DNA of 64,000 bases from Candidatus Multivorans sp. (GTDB taxonomy: Bacteria > Acidobacteriota > Thermoanaerobaculia > Multivoradales > Multivoraceae): NCBI GenBank assembly GCA_965247095.1, contig OZ251997.1, positions 4,387,689 to 4,451,688 of the forward strand. Reading direction: 5' to 3'. The notes beneath the pieces are model-generated. The model ran no database searches. It was given only the letters and a program-made list of their open reading frames with translations, and was not told the DNA's origin. Below are positions 20,091 through 29,874 of the stretch, piece by piece (the stretch's first letter is position 1; every line of letters begins with the position of its first letter). The position numbers were made by a program, and so were the translations under genes.

Positions 20091-21494
20091 CTACGCGGTG
20101 AGGCCGGCCAGCGGGCCGACGAGGTCGATGTAGTCGCCGCGCTGGCCGTAGGTGTGGCTGAGGCCGACGCGGTCGATGTCGAGGCCCATGGCGCGGGCGA
20201 CGCTGACGAGGAGTCGCTGGTGGGGGATGCCGGCGAACTTCGTTGTGCCGCCCGGCAGGAGCTGGATCGGAACCCGCATCTCGGCGGGCGTGTTGTGGGG
20301 CCAGTACATGTAGCGGCCGCCCTTGAAGGCCCAGGCGCCGCCGATGAGCACGGGGCAGTAGTGGCGGTAGCCGTGCCAGCCGTCTCCAAGTTCGGAGCCC
20401 CAGACGATCAGGGTGTTGTCCATCAGTGAGCCGCCGCCGGCATCCGGGATCGCCTCGAGCGTGCTGACGAGCCGCGCGACCTGCTCGGCGTGGAACTCGA
20501 CGTAGTCCGTCATCGCGGCGTGCTTGCGCGCGTCGTCGTGGATGTAGTGGGCGATGCCCTTGTGCACCTTGTCGCTGATGTGGTCGGCCCCGAACTCGGC
20601 GGTCGGCATCTCGCCGAGCGAGAACGAGACGACGCGGGTGATGTCGCAACTGAAGGCCGCGGCGATGGTGTCGACGAAGGCGTCGAACTGCAGGTCGTAG
20701 CGGTCGAACGAGGCGGCCGGCCGCGGCGGCGCCTCGCAGGAGAGAGTCGCGAGACCCTCGAGCCGTCGCCCAAGCCGATCGACGAGCCCGAAGTGGGACT
20801 CGAGCCGGGCGCGGTCGTTGGCGTCGAAGCGCGCGGCCACGGCACGGTACTCCTGGTAGGCGAAGTCGAGCGTGCTGCGGCGATAGGCGCCGACCTTGTC
20901 GCCGGATGAGGCCGGCCCGAACACCCGGTTCCAGGCCCGCAGCGGCGTGTTCTCAGCCGGCAGGCGAACGCCGCCGCTGTTGTAGCTGATGGGCCGACCC
21001 GCCTCGAGCGCCGCATCGACGCTGACTTCCAGCGAAGGCAGCCGGTCGGGCCGCGCGATGTGCACCGCGACGAGCTGGTCAAGCGAAGCGGAGGTGGAGC
21101 GCGTGTCGCGGGAGGAGAAGTCGGCGGTGTTGCCGGTCCAGGCGTGAACCCAGCCGCGGTCGTGCCGGTTGCCGCCGACGTCGAGCTCGGCGGTCGCCAG
21201 GGAGAGGCCGTCGAGCGCGAGCACGCGGCGCCGGTGCTCGTAGAGCGGCGCCAGCGGCTTGCTGAACGCGGACTTGGGCAACGGTTCCAGGTCGAGCGCC
21301 CAGGGCGCCGCTTCGGAGGCGCCCTCCGGACGCATCCTCCAGGTGGCGTAGGGCCAGCCGTGGCAGTGGCTGATCAGGATCAGCCGCCGCGTCTGTTCGG
21401 GGCTCTGGGCCAGGGCGCGCAGCGCGCCGCCGGGCCATCCGGCGCCAAGCGCGGTGAGCCCTCCGAGCTGAAGGAGGTGGCGTCGCGTGATCAT
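20091..21494 (-). CDS. DUF1552-family protein with a Tat-type signal (RRHLLQLGGLTALGA)
   Basis: 467 aa. Family recognition from memory (HxxGxxY-type sulfatase-like fold partner of DUF1592 proteins). Twin-arginine motif at the N-terminus. Confidence 0.75.
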   Translation of the reverse strand: MITRRHLLQLGGLTALGAGWPGGALRALAQSPEQTRRLILISHCHGWPYATWRMRPEGASEAAPWALDLEPLPKSAFSKPLAPLYEHRRRVLALDGLSLATAELDVGGNRHDRGWVHAWTGNTADFSSRDTRSTSASLDQLVAVHIARPDRLPSLEVSVDAALEAGRPISYNSGGVRLPAENTPLRAWNRVFGPASSGDKVGAYRRSTLDFAYQEYRAVAARFDANDRARLESHFGLVDRLGRRLEGLATLSCEAPPRPAASFDRYDLQFDAFVDTIAAAFSCDITRVVSFSLGEMPTAEFGADHISDKVHKGIAHYIHDDARKHAAMTDYVEFHAEQVARLVSTLEAIPDAGGGSLMDNTLIVWGSELGDGWHGYRHYCPVLIGGAWAFKGGRYMYWPHNTPAEMRVPIQLLPGGTTKFAGIPHQRLLVSVARAMGLDIDRVGLSHTYGQRGDYIDLVGPLAGLTA

Positions 21495-21542
21495 CGGCCT
21501 TCTCTTCGTCAGTTCCCGTGGGCTGTCGGCGTGGCGGTCATC

Positions 21543-23990
21543 TCAGCGCGGCGTAATGCCAAGCTCGTCGCGGATGATCGAGAAGTCGAAGGGCGCGGCC
21601 CCGCCGGCGCGTTGCTCCATGTTCTCCATGTGCTTGAGCAGCAGATCGACCTCTCTGCGTCCGGCGGCTGTCCGCGCGAATTCTCGCGGCGTCTCCTGGC
21701 CCAGGGCCGGCAGCGGCAGGTCGGGCCACTCCGCGTAGTGGCGCGCCTTGTGCTCCGCGGCAAATCGCTCGTCCTCGGGTGAGGGCGCCGGCAGCGACGG
21801 CGCTTCTCCGACGGCTGAGCCGAACGCGAACGGATTGGTCTGCTCTCGCGCGCGGTGTCGGATGCGGGCGCCGCATGCCGCCTCGAGGCGCTCCCGCAGC
21901 GCGTCGGCCCGCGCTTCGGAGTTCGTCTCGGTCCGCAGCGCCGTCGGTTCGAGCCGGGTGATACCGAGGACCGTCCTCTGGCCTTCTGGCAGCGTTCCGT
22001 CATAGGCGCCTAGGAAGACGTAGGTCGCCGCCCCGTCTTCGGCGCCTTCCTCGATGAAGCCCTCAAGTTGCGCGATGATCCGGCCAATTTCGGTCATCGT
22101 TCCGGGCAGGACCTCGAATCGGTCCACCGTCTGCGTCAGCAGGTCGCCGTCCCGGTTGCGCAGTTCCCGCGGCAGCGATCGCCGTATGCGGAGTTCTTCG
22201 AGGGCGTCGATCCAGTAGCGGATGAGGGCGCGGCCAAAGGCCGCGTCCCGGAGTCGCTCGACCGGCACGTCCCGCTTGCGGCGTAGCCGGCGCCGAGCAC
22301 GATCGACCACGTCGTGCGCCTCGAACGGGTTCAGCACGCCGCTGTGGATGCCGGCGAGCAGCGAGAGACCGTCGTGGTCCACGACTCGGGCCAGCAGCGC
22401 GTCACGCACCACGACGATCTTGGAAGCACTCCTTTCCAACACCGTGCGCCGTTCGCCCGAGAGTAGATCGCGCAGGGTCAGCGACCTTCCCGCCTCGACG
22501 GCCTCCACTTCCCATACCGAGAGCCACGCGGCGCGTTGCGCCTCCAGCCAGTCTCGTTCCGCCGCCGTGCAACGGCGGCCATGCGCCGTGAGGTAGGCAT
22601 CGACCACCGTGGTTCCGTTGGCCTCGAAAGAAAAGACCGACAAGGGGTAGGTGAGAAAGACGGAGTCGCTTTCGGCGGCCAGGTCGTCCTGGAATCTCCA
22701 CCACTCTTCGCCGAATTCCCGCGTCGCGAAGTTCCGTAGATCGCCGAGGAGCCGTGCGTCCATCTCGTGCGTCGCGGTCGCGCGCCGACCCTCGGCATGC
22801 TCGGCCTCATCGGTCCGCAGGTGGCACTTCTTGTACTTGCGGCCGCTGCCGCAGGGACACGGTTCGTTGCGCTCCGCCCGCGGGCGGAACGGCTCGTTCG
22901 GCAGCGCCCATGCGATTCGGTCGACGAACTCATCTCCGACGAACTCCTCGTTCTCGGAACCGGCCGGCTCGAAGTCCGGCAAGCGGTCGCAGGCCGCGGA
23001 GAGCACCACCTCCCGTTCCTTGTCGTCGAAGTGCGACACGCGGACGGGGGCGAACGTCTCGGCGCTGAGAATCGCCGCGTGCTTTCCGAGGAACGCCGTG
23101 AGAACCTGCGCGCAGGCTGTGGCGATCTCCACGTCGCGCGCCGCGAGCGGCCGGGAAACGCTGTCCGGGCCGCGACGTTGCACCAGCGGATAGGCGTTCG
23201 CGCTGTGCGCGCGCCATCCGTGTTCCATCGCCTCGCGTCGCATCGACCGCGGCAGAGCGGCGACGGATTCGAAGGTGAGGGAGAGCACATCGGAACCCAG
23301 GAAGCCGTCTTCGTAGGCGCGCGCTTTGGAGGCGTCGAGGAACGCATAGAAGTCGTCGAGGGAGGGGAAGATCAGTATGCCGTTCACGTCGCCGAGCTGG
23401 CCGATGATCGACACGCAGGCGCCGTCGACGCCGAGGGCAGGGATGTCCAAACGCAGGATGGGCGGTTCGTCGCCGAGCGCCCACGGCTCGAGCGCGTACA
23501 GTGCGTTGCCGGCCGAGAACAGCGCCTCAACCGCTACGGCCGGCACCCGACCTTCCGCCAGGTAGCTTCCTTCGATGTCCCTGTCATCCGCCTCCATTGC
23601 TTCGCACAGCTCCTCGAAGAGATCGTCGAGTTCCGGCGTGGGAGCGACCGTTACCGGAATGTCGCCGGCTGTCTCCGCCCGCACTTCGTCGACGATCGAG
23701 GCGTTGGCGACACGAATGGCGTCGGGCCGCCGGGGCGGTCCGACCGCCGGTTGGGCGACGGCGGCGCGCAGCGTGCGCGCAACGGCGCCGTCGCCTTCCC
23801 CGGGCGCGACGAGCCCTTGGCCGACGATCAGGCCCTCCGGCAGTTCGAGCCAGAGAACGAAATCGGGACGGTACGGCTCGGAGTGATCATCGACGAAAAA
23901 GGGCGCCGTGAAGACGCCGCCGACCCACTCGTTTCCGTTTGGGGCGCCCGCGCGGCGAGACCGCCGGGCTGTGGCGCGTCGAAGCGTCAC
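21543..23990 (-). CDS. SEC-C metal-binding-motif protein, function unknown
   Basis: C-terminal ~815 codons of the listed 21543..25004 ORF. The N-terminal third of that ORF is Arg-rich and overlaps the DUF1592 gene in another frame. A candidate GTG start lies at ~23988-23990 and the first ATG is much later (MEADDRD), so the start is unsure. Contains NEPCPCGSGRKYKKCH (SecA-C-terminal-type zinc motif). Confidence 0.45.
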   Translation of the reverse strand: MTLRRATARRSRRAGAPNGNEWVGGVFTAPFFVDDHSEPYRPDFVLWLELPEGLIVGQGLVAPGEGDGAVARTLRAAVAQPAVGPPRRPDAIRVANASIVDEVRAETAGDIPVTVAPTPELDDLFEELCEAMEADDRDIEGSYLAEGRVPAVAVEALFSAGNALYALEPWALGDEPPILRLDIPALGVDGACVSIIGQLGDVNGILIFPSLDDFYAFLDASKARAYEDGFLGSDVLSLTFESVAALPRSMRREAMEHGWRAHSANAYPLVQRRGPDSVSRPLAARDVEIATACAQVLTAFLGKHAAILSAETFAPVRVSHFDDKEREVVLSAACDRLPDFEPAGSENEEFVGDEFVDRIAWALPNEPFRPRAERNEPCPCGSGRKYKKCHLRTDEAEHAEGRRATATHEMDARLLGDLRNFATREFGEEWWRFQDDLAAESDSVFLTYPLSVFSFEANGTTVVDAYLTAHGRRCTAAERDWLEAQRAAWLSVWEVEAVEAGRSLTLRDLLSGERRTVLERSASKIVVVRDALLARVVDHDGLSLLAGIHSGVLNPFEAHDVVDRARRRLRRKRDVPVERLRDAAFGRALIRYWIDALEELRIRRSLPRELRNRDGDLLTQTVDRFEVLPGTMTEIGRIIAQLEGFIEEGAEDGAATYVFLGAYDGTLPEGQRTVLGITRLEPTALRTETNSEARADALRERLEAACGARIRHRAREQTNPFAFGSAVGEAPSLPAPSPEDERFAAEHKARHYAEWPDLPLPALGQETPREFARTAAGRREVDLLLKHMENMEQRAGGAAPFDFSIIRDELGITPR

Positions 23991-24043
23991 GCGGCTGAAC
24001 TGCCGAAGTTTGATCGAGAGATCATGGTTTGCGGTTCCTGAGA

Positions 24044-25864
24044 TTATCCCGGCCTGGTGCGGAAGATGTCGCTGGCGGCGATCGAGACCAGCAGCTCCTT
24101 GATGGAGTCGTCCTCGCGGAAGCTCTGCTGGATCGACTCGATGCCGGGCGCTGTGCGCTCCAGTTGGTTGCCGAGAGCGTAGCGCGTCCAGTGGAGCGCG
24201 TAGCAGTCCCGCACGCGATTGCTGGCTGCGAGCTGGTGTGCGAAATCGACGCCGTCGGTGAAGACGAGCTTCTCGGCGCCGGGCAGTCGAAGGGCGCCGC
24301 TGCCGTCGACCGGTTGCCCGTTGTCCTCGGCTCGCCAGGCGCCCATCGCGTCGTAGTGCTCGAAAGCGAATCCGGCCGGATTGATCCGCCGGTGGCAGGA
24401 GTTGCAGGTCCGCGGCTTGGTGGCGGCCGCGGTCCGCTCGCGATTCGTGCTCTCGGCGCTTAAGGTGTCCGGCGGCAGTGCGGTTTCGGCGCCTTCCGTG
24501 GGCTCGCCCAGTTCCATGCAGGCGATGCGTTCCAGGATGCGGACGCCTCTGGGAATCGGCCCCGGCTGCACCGCGTAGGCGCCGATCGCGAGTACCGAAG
24601 GCAGCGTCAGGAGCCCGGCGCGGCGGTCGGAGTCGAACTCGGCCGGATAGAGCGTGAGCGGCGCCTTGCGTCCGATCGATGCGGAGACGTATTCGATCTG
24701 CCGCGTCACGCTGGGGCGGCCTTCGCTGCGCGTTGCGCTGGCGCCGTAGATCGGCGCCGTGGCGTCCGACACATAGCCGTGGTTGCCGGTCATGAGCGCG
24801 GTGAACGTCCCATCGCCGTCGAAGATCGCCTCTTCGACGAAGAGTTCCGTCTCCAGCTTCATCGAGTGGCGGATCGGACCCATGATCGCCGGCCACTTCG
24901 TGTCGTCGTCGCGCGCGTTCTTGAGCGCCCGCGAGATTCCGAACCGTGGTCCGAAGGCGCGCCGCGCGGGTGCGATCAGGAGGACCTGGTCGGTGCCCAA
25001 CCACTGGTGATGGAAATGAACGAGGGCGGACCGGGCCCTGTCGTCGTCGAGCATCCGGCGGGCCTGGCGCTCGACGCCTTCGGAACCGGTGAGGTCGCCG
25101 GAACGGGCCGCTGCGAAGAGCTCCTCGTCGGGCATCGAGTCCCAGAGAAAGTAGGAAAGCCGGGTCGCGAGTTCCCAGGGGTCGAGTTCGGGTTTCGCGT
25201 CCGTCGACGAAGTGTCAGGTACCAGCTTGAAGTGAAACGCCGGCGCCTGCAGGATGCCGGCGACGGTGAGCGCGACCGCCTCGTCCGGAGGTCCGTTCTT
25301 GAGGTTCGCCTGCCAGAACGCTTCGATGCGGTCGGTCTCCTCGGCGGGTAGCGGCCGGCGGTAGGCACGCTCGGCGAAACGGAGAAGACTCGAGGTGGCG
25401 CACGCCTCCTTCTCTTCGGCCGGTAGTCCAGCCCAGTCGGAGCAGGTGAAGAAGGTCGGGGAGAGCAGGGCGAAGGGACCGAAGTGCATGGCCGCGAGGT
25501 GGAGTTCCTCGACCTGGTAGGAAGACGGACTCTGGCCCTGGACGATGCCCTCGAAGCCGTCGGAGCCGGGCTCGGCCGGGAAGTGCCATGGCCACGGGTC
25601 AGGCGGCGGCGGCGGCGCGAAGACACCCTTGCTCGCCGTGCGGCGAGGGCTCAACCGGTCGGCGATGGGCGGGCGCTTGGGCCACTTCTCGCCGTCTCTC
25701 GGGAAGCCGAGCAGGTCGGCGATCGTGTTGTTGTACTCGGTCGGCGTCAGCGCCAGGGGGGCCGTCCCGTGGGCTTCGCCCGGTTCCCCCGACTCTGCCG
25801 CTGCCGGAAGGGCGAAGCCGGCGGCGCAGAGCAGCACCAGGACCGTGCTGAGGTCGAACTTCAT
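24044..25864 (-). CDS. DUF1592/DUF1588-family protein (PSD1-like) with signal peptide
   Basis: 606 aa: MKFDLSTVLVLLCAAGFALPAAA...; conserved ...TCNSCHRRINPAGFAFEHYDAMGAWR... block typical of the DUF1588 region (from memory). Confidence 0.8.
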   Translation of the reverse strand: MKFDLSTVLVLLCAAGFALPAAAESGEPGEAHGTAPLALTPTEYNNTIADLLGFPRDGEKWPKRPPIADRLSPRRTASKGVFAPPPPPDPWPWHFPAEPGSDGFEGIVQGQSPSSYQVEELHLAAMHFGPFALLSPTFFTCSDWAGLPAEEKEACATSSLLRFAERAYRRPLPAEETDRIEAFWQANLKNGPPDEAVALTVAGILQAPAFHFKLVPDTSSTDAKPELDPWELATRLSYFLWDSMPDEELFAAARSGDLTGSEGVERQARRMLDDDRARSALVHFHHQWLGTDQVLLIAPARRAFGPRFGISRALKNARDDDTKWPAIMGPIRHSMKLETELFVEEAIFDGDGTFTALMTGNHGYVSDATAPIYGASATRSEGRPSVTRQIEYVSASIGRKAPLTLYPAEFDSDRRAGLLTLPSVLAIGAYAVQPGPIPRGVRILERIACMELGEPTEGAETALPPDTLSAESTNRERTAAATKPRTCNSCHRRINPAGFAFEHYDAMGAWRAEDNGQPVDGSGALRLPGAEKLVFTDGVDFAHQLAASNRVRDCYALHWTRYALGNQLERTAPGIESIQQSFREDDSIKELLVSIAASDIFRTRPG

Positions 25865-25967
25865 GGTTGATGGCGTAGGTTAGCGGCTCCGGTGCACCTG
25901 AAGTTGTAACACTGTATCAGGCTGCCCCTTCGGTACGCAGCCGCGGCGTTTCGCTAGAGGTGAGTTG

Positions 25968-27545
25968 CTACTTGGGGTCTCGCGCGGCGCTGCCCGAGGT
26001 GCGCAGGATGAAGCCGTCGAGCGTTTCCTTCCACTGCGGCAGCAGAGACTGCTCCACGTACATCATGTGCCCGGCGGCGAAGTCCTCACGCTGGATGTTG
26101 GCCCTAAGCTCCGGCGGCAGACCCATGTGGTCGAGCGTCCAGACAGCCGCGAAGTAGGGCGTCGCCAGGTCGTACAGGCCGTTGATCAAGAGCACTTCGA
26201 GTTCTGGATTCCGGCGCATTGCGGCGGCAAGGTCGGGGGCGACGTTCGGTGTACCGTCGCCGCGCGAGAAGCGGCCTGCGTTCACCCGCCCCCAGTTCCA
26301 GTCGCGGACGACGCCGCTCGGAACATACTCGCGGTCGCCGTCGTAGCCGAGCTCGCTCCGCAGGTAGCTGTTGAACGCCGACGTGTAGGCCGAGCTGATC
26401 GCCGTGGACTGCGGATCGTGGGAAGGCCGGGCCTCCAGCGCGTCCCCCGCCGGGCCGGTGAAGCGCGCGTCCAGGCGGCCGACGATCTTCCCTTCGTCGC
26501 GCAGCAACTCGGCCTCGAAGGCCGGAGCAGTCACCCGCAGGTCCGACTTGTCGAGGAAGTCGCGCGAGAGCCCGGTGTAGCGGTGCAGGCGGTCGACCAC
26601 CCGGGCGCGAGTGTCCGGGCCGAGCGTGCTGCCCCGAAGCAACGCGGTGGCGTACTCGGTGAGCGCCCATTCCTCGACGTCGGCCATCAGGGTCTCGAGG
26701 TCCGCCGGGGCTCCCTCCGGCAGCGCGTCCAGGTAGCGGGCGGCAATGGCGTAGGACGGCAGGTTGACGATGTAGGGGAGGTCTTCGCCGGGCGCGAACT
26801 GGATCGTGTTGAACTGCAGGACCGCCGAGACCAGGACGATGCCATTCAGGTCGATGTTCGCGCGCTGCAGGTGGGCGGCGAGCACCGCCGATCGGGTCGT
26901 GCCGTAGCTCTCGCCGAGCAGGTACCGGGGCGAGTTCCAGCGGTCGTGCGCGCTGAGAAACCGCTGGATGAACTGGGCCAGCGACTTTGCGTCCTCGTCG
27001 ATGCCCCAGTAATCGGATCCCGGAGTCTCGCCCAGGGTATGGCTGAAGCCGGTGCCGATGGGGTCGACCATGACGATGTCGGCGATGTCGAGAAGCGTCC
27101 AGGCGTTGTCCTCGAGAGGGTAGGGCGGCGCTCCCTGCGGGCCGACATCGGGGGTCACGACCCGCCGCGGCCCCATGATCCCCATGTGCAGCCAGAAGGA
27201 CGCGGAGCCGGGGCCTCCGTTGTAGGAGAACACCAGGGGGCGCTCCTGCGGCGCCGCGCCGTTCGTCCGGAAGTACGCCGTGTACCAGAGATGTGCGGCC
27301 GGGACGCCGTCGTCGTTGTCGAGTTCGATTCCGGTGACGACAGCGTCGTACTCAACCGTGTCGCCGCCGACATCGATCGAGTGGCTCGTCTCCCAGCGGC
27401 CGGGCGGAGGGGGCGTTTCGCCGACCGCCGATGCGCCGTCGCCTTCCTCCGCGAGCGCCGGGGCCGTCGCGGCCGCAACGGCGACGCAGATCAGGGCGAG
27501 GGCCGGTCTGGCTGCCGCGAGCCGCGGGAGGACGGAGAACGCCAT
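25968..27545 (-). CDS. Peptidase S10-like serine carboxypeptidase, secreted
   Basis: The real start is the ATG at ~27543-27545 (MAFSVLPRLAAARPALALICVAVAAATAPALA). LLGESYGTT matches the S10 GESYAG nucleophile motif. The upstream part of the listed ORF overlaps a divergent gene. Confidence 0.7.
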   Translation of the reverse strand: MAFSVLPRLAAARPALALICVAVAAATAPALAEEGDGASAVGETPPPPGRWETSHSIDVGGDTVEYDAVVTGIELDNDDGVPAAHLWYTAYFRTNGAAPQERPLVFSYNGGPGSASFWLHMGIMGPRRVVTPDVGPQGAPPYPLEDNAWTLLDIADIVMVDPIGTGFSHTLGETPGSDYWGIDEDAKSLAQFIQRFLSAHDRWNSPRYLLGESYGTTRSAVLAAHLQRANIDLNGIVLVSAVLQFNTIQFAPGEDLPYIVNLPSYAIAARYLDALPEGAPADLETLMADVEEWALTEYATALLRGSTLGPDTRARVVDRLHRYTGLSRDFLDKSDLRVTAPAFEAELLRDEGKIVGRLDARFTGPAGDALEARPSHDPQSTAISSAYTSAFNSYLRSELGYDGDREYVPSGVVRDWNWGRVNAGRFSRGDGTPNVAPDLAAAMRRNPELEVLLINGLYDLATPYFAAVWTLDHMGLPPELRANIQREDFAAGHMMYVEQSLLPQWKETLDGFILRTSGSAARDPK

Positions 27546-27603
27546 CGGGTTGGCGTATTGTAGCGCCCTGCCGGAAGTCGGCGGACCACGAGAGGGAGGA
27601 TCC

Positions 27604-28626
27604 ATGAGACACGTTGGACTGACGATTCGTGCCGCGCTCGCCGCGGCCACAATGTTTGCGGCGGGTTCGCTGTGGGCGCAGGAGTGGACCACGACGACGG
27701 ATACCCACCGGTTCATGGAGGTCCGGAACGGCATCTACCTTACCCAGACCACGGCGCAGGTGTTCAACAGCAACTCGCTCGTGATCGTCAATGATGAGGA
27801 TGTCGTCATCGTCGATTCGCACGTCACACCGGCGAAGGCGCGCGACCTGATCGCTTCGATCCCGGCCATTACCGACAAGCCCGTGACGGCGCTGATCAAC
27901 TCCCACTACCACTGGGACCACGCCCACGGCAACCAGGAGTTCGCCGACATCCCGATCATCGGCCACGAGTACACGCGGATGAAGCTGGCGATCGCCGCTC
28001 ACGAGGAGCCGACCTACCTGAGTGGGCTGGCCGGGAACGCGGCGAGGCTGGCGCAGCTCGCGGAGCAGATCGAGGCGGCCGAGGACGACGAGGAGCGCGA
28101 GGGGCTCGAGACCTATCGCGCGATGTTCGCCGCCCACGCCGCGGACTTCGACGAGATCACTCCGCTGCCGCCCGACGTGACGCTGCACGAGCGGATGACC
28201 CTGTTCCGGGGCAGCCGCGAGATCCAGATCATCTTCCTGGGCCGCGCCCATACCGGTGGCGACGTGGCGGTCTACTTCCCGCAGGACCGTCTCGTCTTCA
28301 CGGGCGACATGCTGTTCGGTGGGCCGTCGTTCCTCGGCGACGGCTACGTCGACGAGTGGCCCGAGACGCTGCAGAATCTGAAGGCGCTGGACTTCGACAT
28401 CGCCGTTCCCGGGCATGGCGAGCCGCTCACCGATCTGAGTTCGATCGAGAAGTCGCAGGAGTACTACCGCGTTCTGTGGGAGCGAACGGCGGAGAAGCAT
28501 GCGGCGGGGGTTTCTGCCGAGGAGGTGCCTGGGACGATCGACCTCTCCGATACCGCGTTTCCAGACCGCAAGCCTTCTCTGGTCGAGGTACATCGGATGT
28601 ACCACCGCCTCGAGAACCCCGACTGA
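27604..28626 (+). CDS. MBL-fold metallo-hydrolase with signal peptide
   Basis: ATG at 27604 (MRHVGLTIRAALAAATMFAAGSLWAQ). Zinc motif HYHWDHAHG. The listed ORF start at 27280 lies in the divergent upstream region. Confidence 0.8.
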   Translation: MRHVGLTIRAALAAATMFAAGSLWAQEWTTTTDTHRFMEVRNGIYLTQTTAQVFNSNSLVIVNDEDVVIVDSHVTPAKARDLIASIPAITDKPVTALINSHYHWDHAHGNQEFADIPIIGHEYTRMKLAIAAHEEPTYLSGLAGNAARLAQLAEQIEAAEDDEEREGLETYRAMFAAHAADFDEITPLPPDVTLHERMTLFRGSREIQIIFLGRAHTGGDVAVYFPQDRLVFTGDMLFGGPSFLGDGYVDEWPETLQNLKALDFDIAVPGHGEPLTDLSSIEKSQEYYRVLWERTAEKHAAGVSAEEVPGTIDLSDTAFPDRKPSLVEVHRMYHRLENPD

Positions 28627-28628
28627 GC

Positions 28629-28731
28629 GCCCCTGGGCACCCGGGTGGCGCGATCCGCGCCACCCGCGAACCACTCCGTGCGCCCGTCATCGGACCCACG
28701 GATGGCACGCGGGCGTCTCGCCCGCATCCGG
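28629..28731. repeat. Composite MITE/REP-like element (type B + type A halves) between the MBL hydrolase gene and pfkA
   Basis: cccctgggcacccgggtggcgcgatccgcgccacccgcgaaccactccgtgcgcccgtcatcgg... followed by ...cacgcgggcgtctcgcccgcatccgg. Internal 10-bp inverted repeat GGGTGGCGCG/CGCGCCACCC. Its reverse strand encodes the recurring MTGARSGSRVAR... pseudo-peptide. Confidence 0.7.
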
Positions 28732-28791
28732 CGCGGAGCGCCGGCTCGCGGTAGACGCCAACCGCGCGACTGTGCGAACCTCCATAGTCCG

Positions 28792-29874
28792 ATGAAGCGG
28801 ATCGGCATCAGCACCGGCGGCGGCGACGCGCCCGGACTCAACGCCGTGATCCGGGCCGTGACCCTGGCCTCCATTCGCCGCGGCTGGGAGGTCGTCGGCC
28901 TTCTGCGCGGTTACGGTGCCTTCTTCGACCCCAGCCAGATCCGCATCCTCGATCGCGACGCGGTGCGCGGCACGACCCATCTCGGCGGCACGATCCTGGG
29001 CACGCGTAGCGGCGGAAACCCGTTCGAGCGGCGGGTCGAGCAGGACGACGGCGCCGTCGTCGTGGAGGACGTAACCGAGGAGGCCGTGGCGGGCTTCCAT
29101 CGTCTTGACCTCGACGCCCTGGTGGCAGTCGGGGGCGATGGTTCCATGCGGCTCGCGCTCAAGTTGCACGGGCTCGGCGTGCCGGTGGTCGGCGTGCCGA
29201 AGACGATCGACAACGACCTCGCAGGCACCAACGTCACGTTCGGCTTCCACACCGCCGTCGACGTGGCGACGGCGGCGATCGAACGTCTGCACTCGACCGC
29301 AGAAGCCCACGACCGCATCTTCGTGGTCGAGCTGATGGGCCGTTACGCCGGTTGGATCGCCCTGTTCGCGGGCGTCGCGGCGACGGCCCAGGTCATCCTG
29401 ATCCCCGAGATCCTGTACGACATGGACCACGTCTGCGATCACCTGATGGCGCGTGAGGGACGCGGCCGGCACTCGGCGGTGGTCGTGGCGGCCGAAGGCG
29501 CCCGACCGGTAGGCGGCGACTTCACGTGGTCGAAGGGCGTCGGAGGCGGCCCGGCCGAGCGCCTGGGCGGCGTCGCCGAGCGGGTAGCAGCCGAGATCCA
29601 CGAACGGACCGGCAAGGAGACGCGGACCGTGACCCTGGGCCACCTCCAGCGTGGCGGCCAACCGATTCCCTACGACCGCCTGATCGCGTTGCGCTTCGGC
29701 GCCGCCGCCGTCCGTCAGATCGAAGCGGGGAAGTTCGGCGTCATGGTCGCCCTCTACCCGCCCACGGTGCGCGCCGTGCCCCTCGAACGCGCCGTGGGCC
29801 GCATGAAGAGCGTCCCGCTCGAAGCCGACGTCGTCGCCACCGCCCGCGACCTCGGCATCTGCCTCGGCGAGTAG
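28792..29874 (+). CDS. pfkA: 6-phosphofructokinase
   Basis: MKRIGISTGGGDAPGLNAVIRAV ... VAVGGDGS ... PKTIDNDL ... MGRYAGW: canonical PFK motifs. The upstream part of the listed ORF (28645-28791) is repeat-derived. Confidence 0.9.
   Translation: MKRIGISTGGGDAPGLNAVIRAVTLASIRRGWEVVGLLRGYGAFFDPSQIRILDRDAVRGTTHLGGTILGTRSGGNPFERRVEQDDGAVVVEDVTEEAVAGFHRLDLDALVAVGGDGSMRLALKLHGLGVPVVGVPKTIDNDLAGTNVTFGFHTAVDVATAAIERLHSTAEAHDRIFVVELMGRYAGWIALFAGVAATAQVILIPEILYDMDHVCDHLMAREGRGRHSAVVVAAEGARPVGGDFTWSKGVGGGPAERLGGVAERVAAEIHERTGKETRTVTLGHLQRGGQPIPYDRLIALRFGAAAVRQIEAGKFGVMVALYPPTVRAVPLERAVGRMKSVPLEADVVATARDLGICLGE

Noticed and set aside
24040-25004. N-terminal third of the 1153-aa ORF 21543..25004
   Set aside because: Arg-rich and overlaps the clearly genuine DUF1592/1588 gene in a different frame. 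Only the portion downstream of about 23990 looks protein-like.
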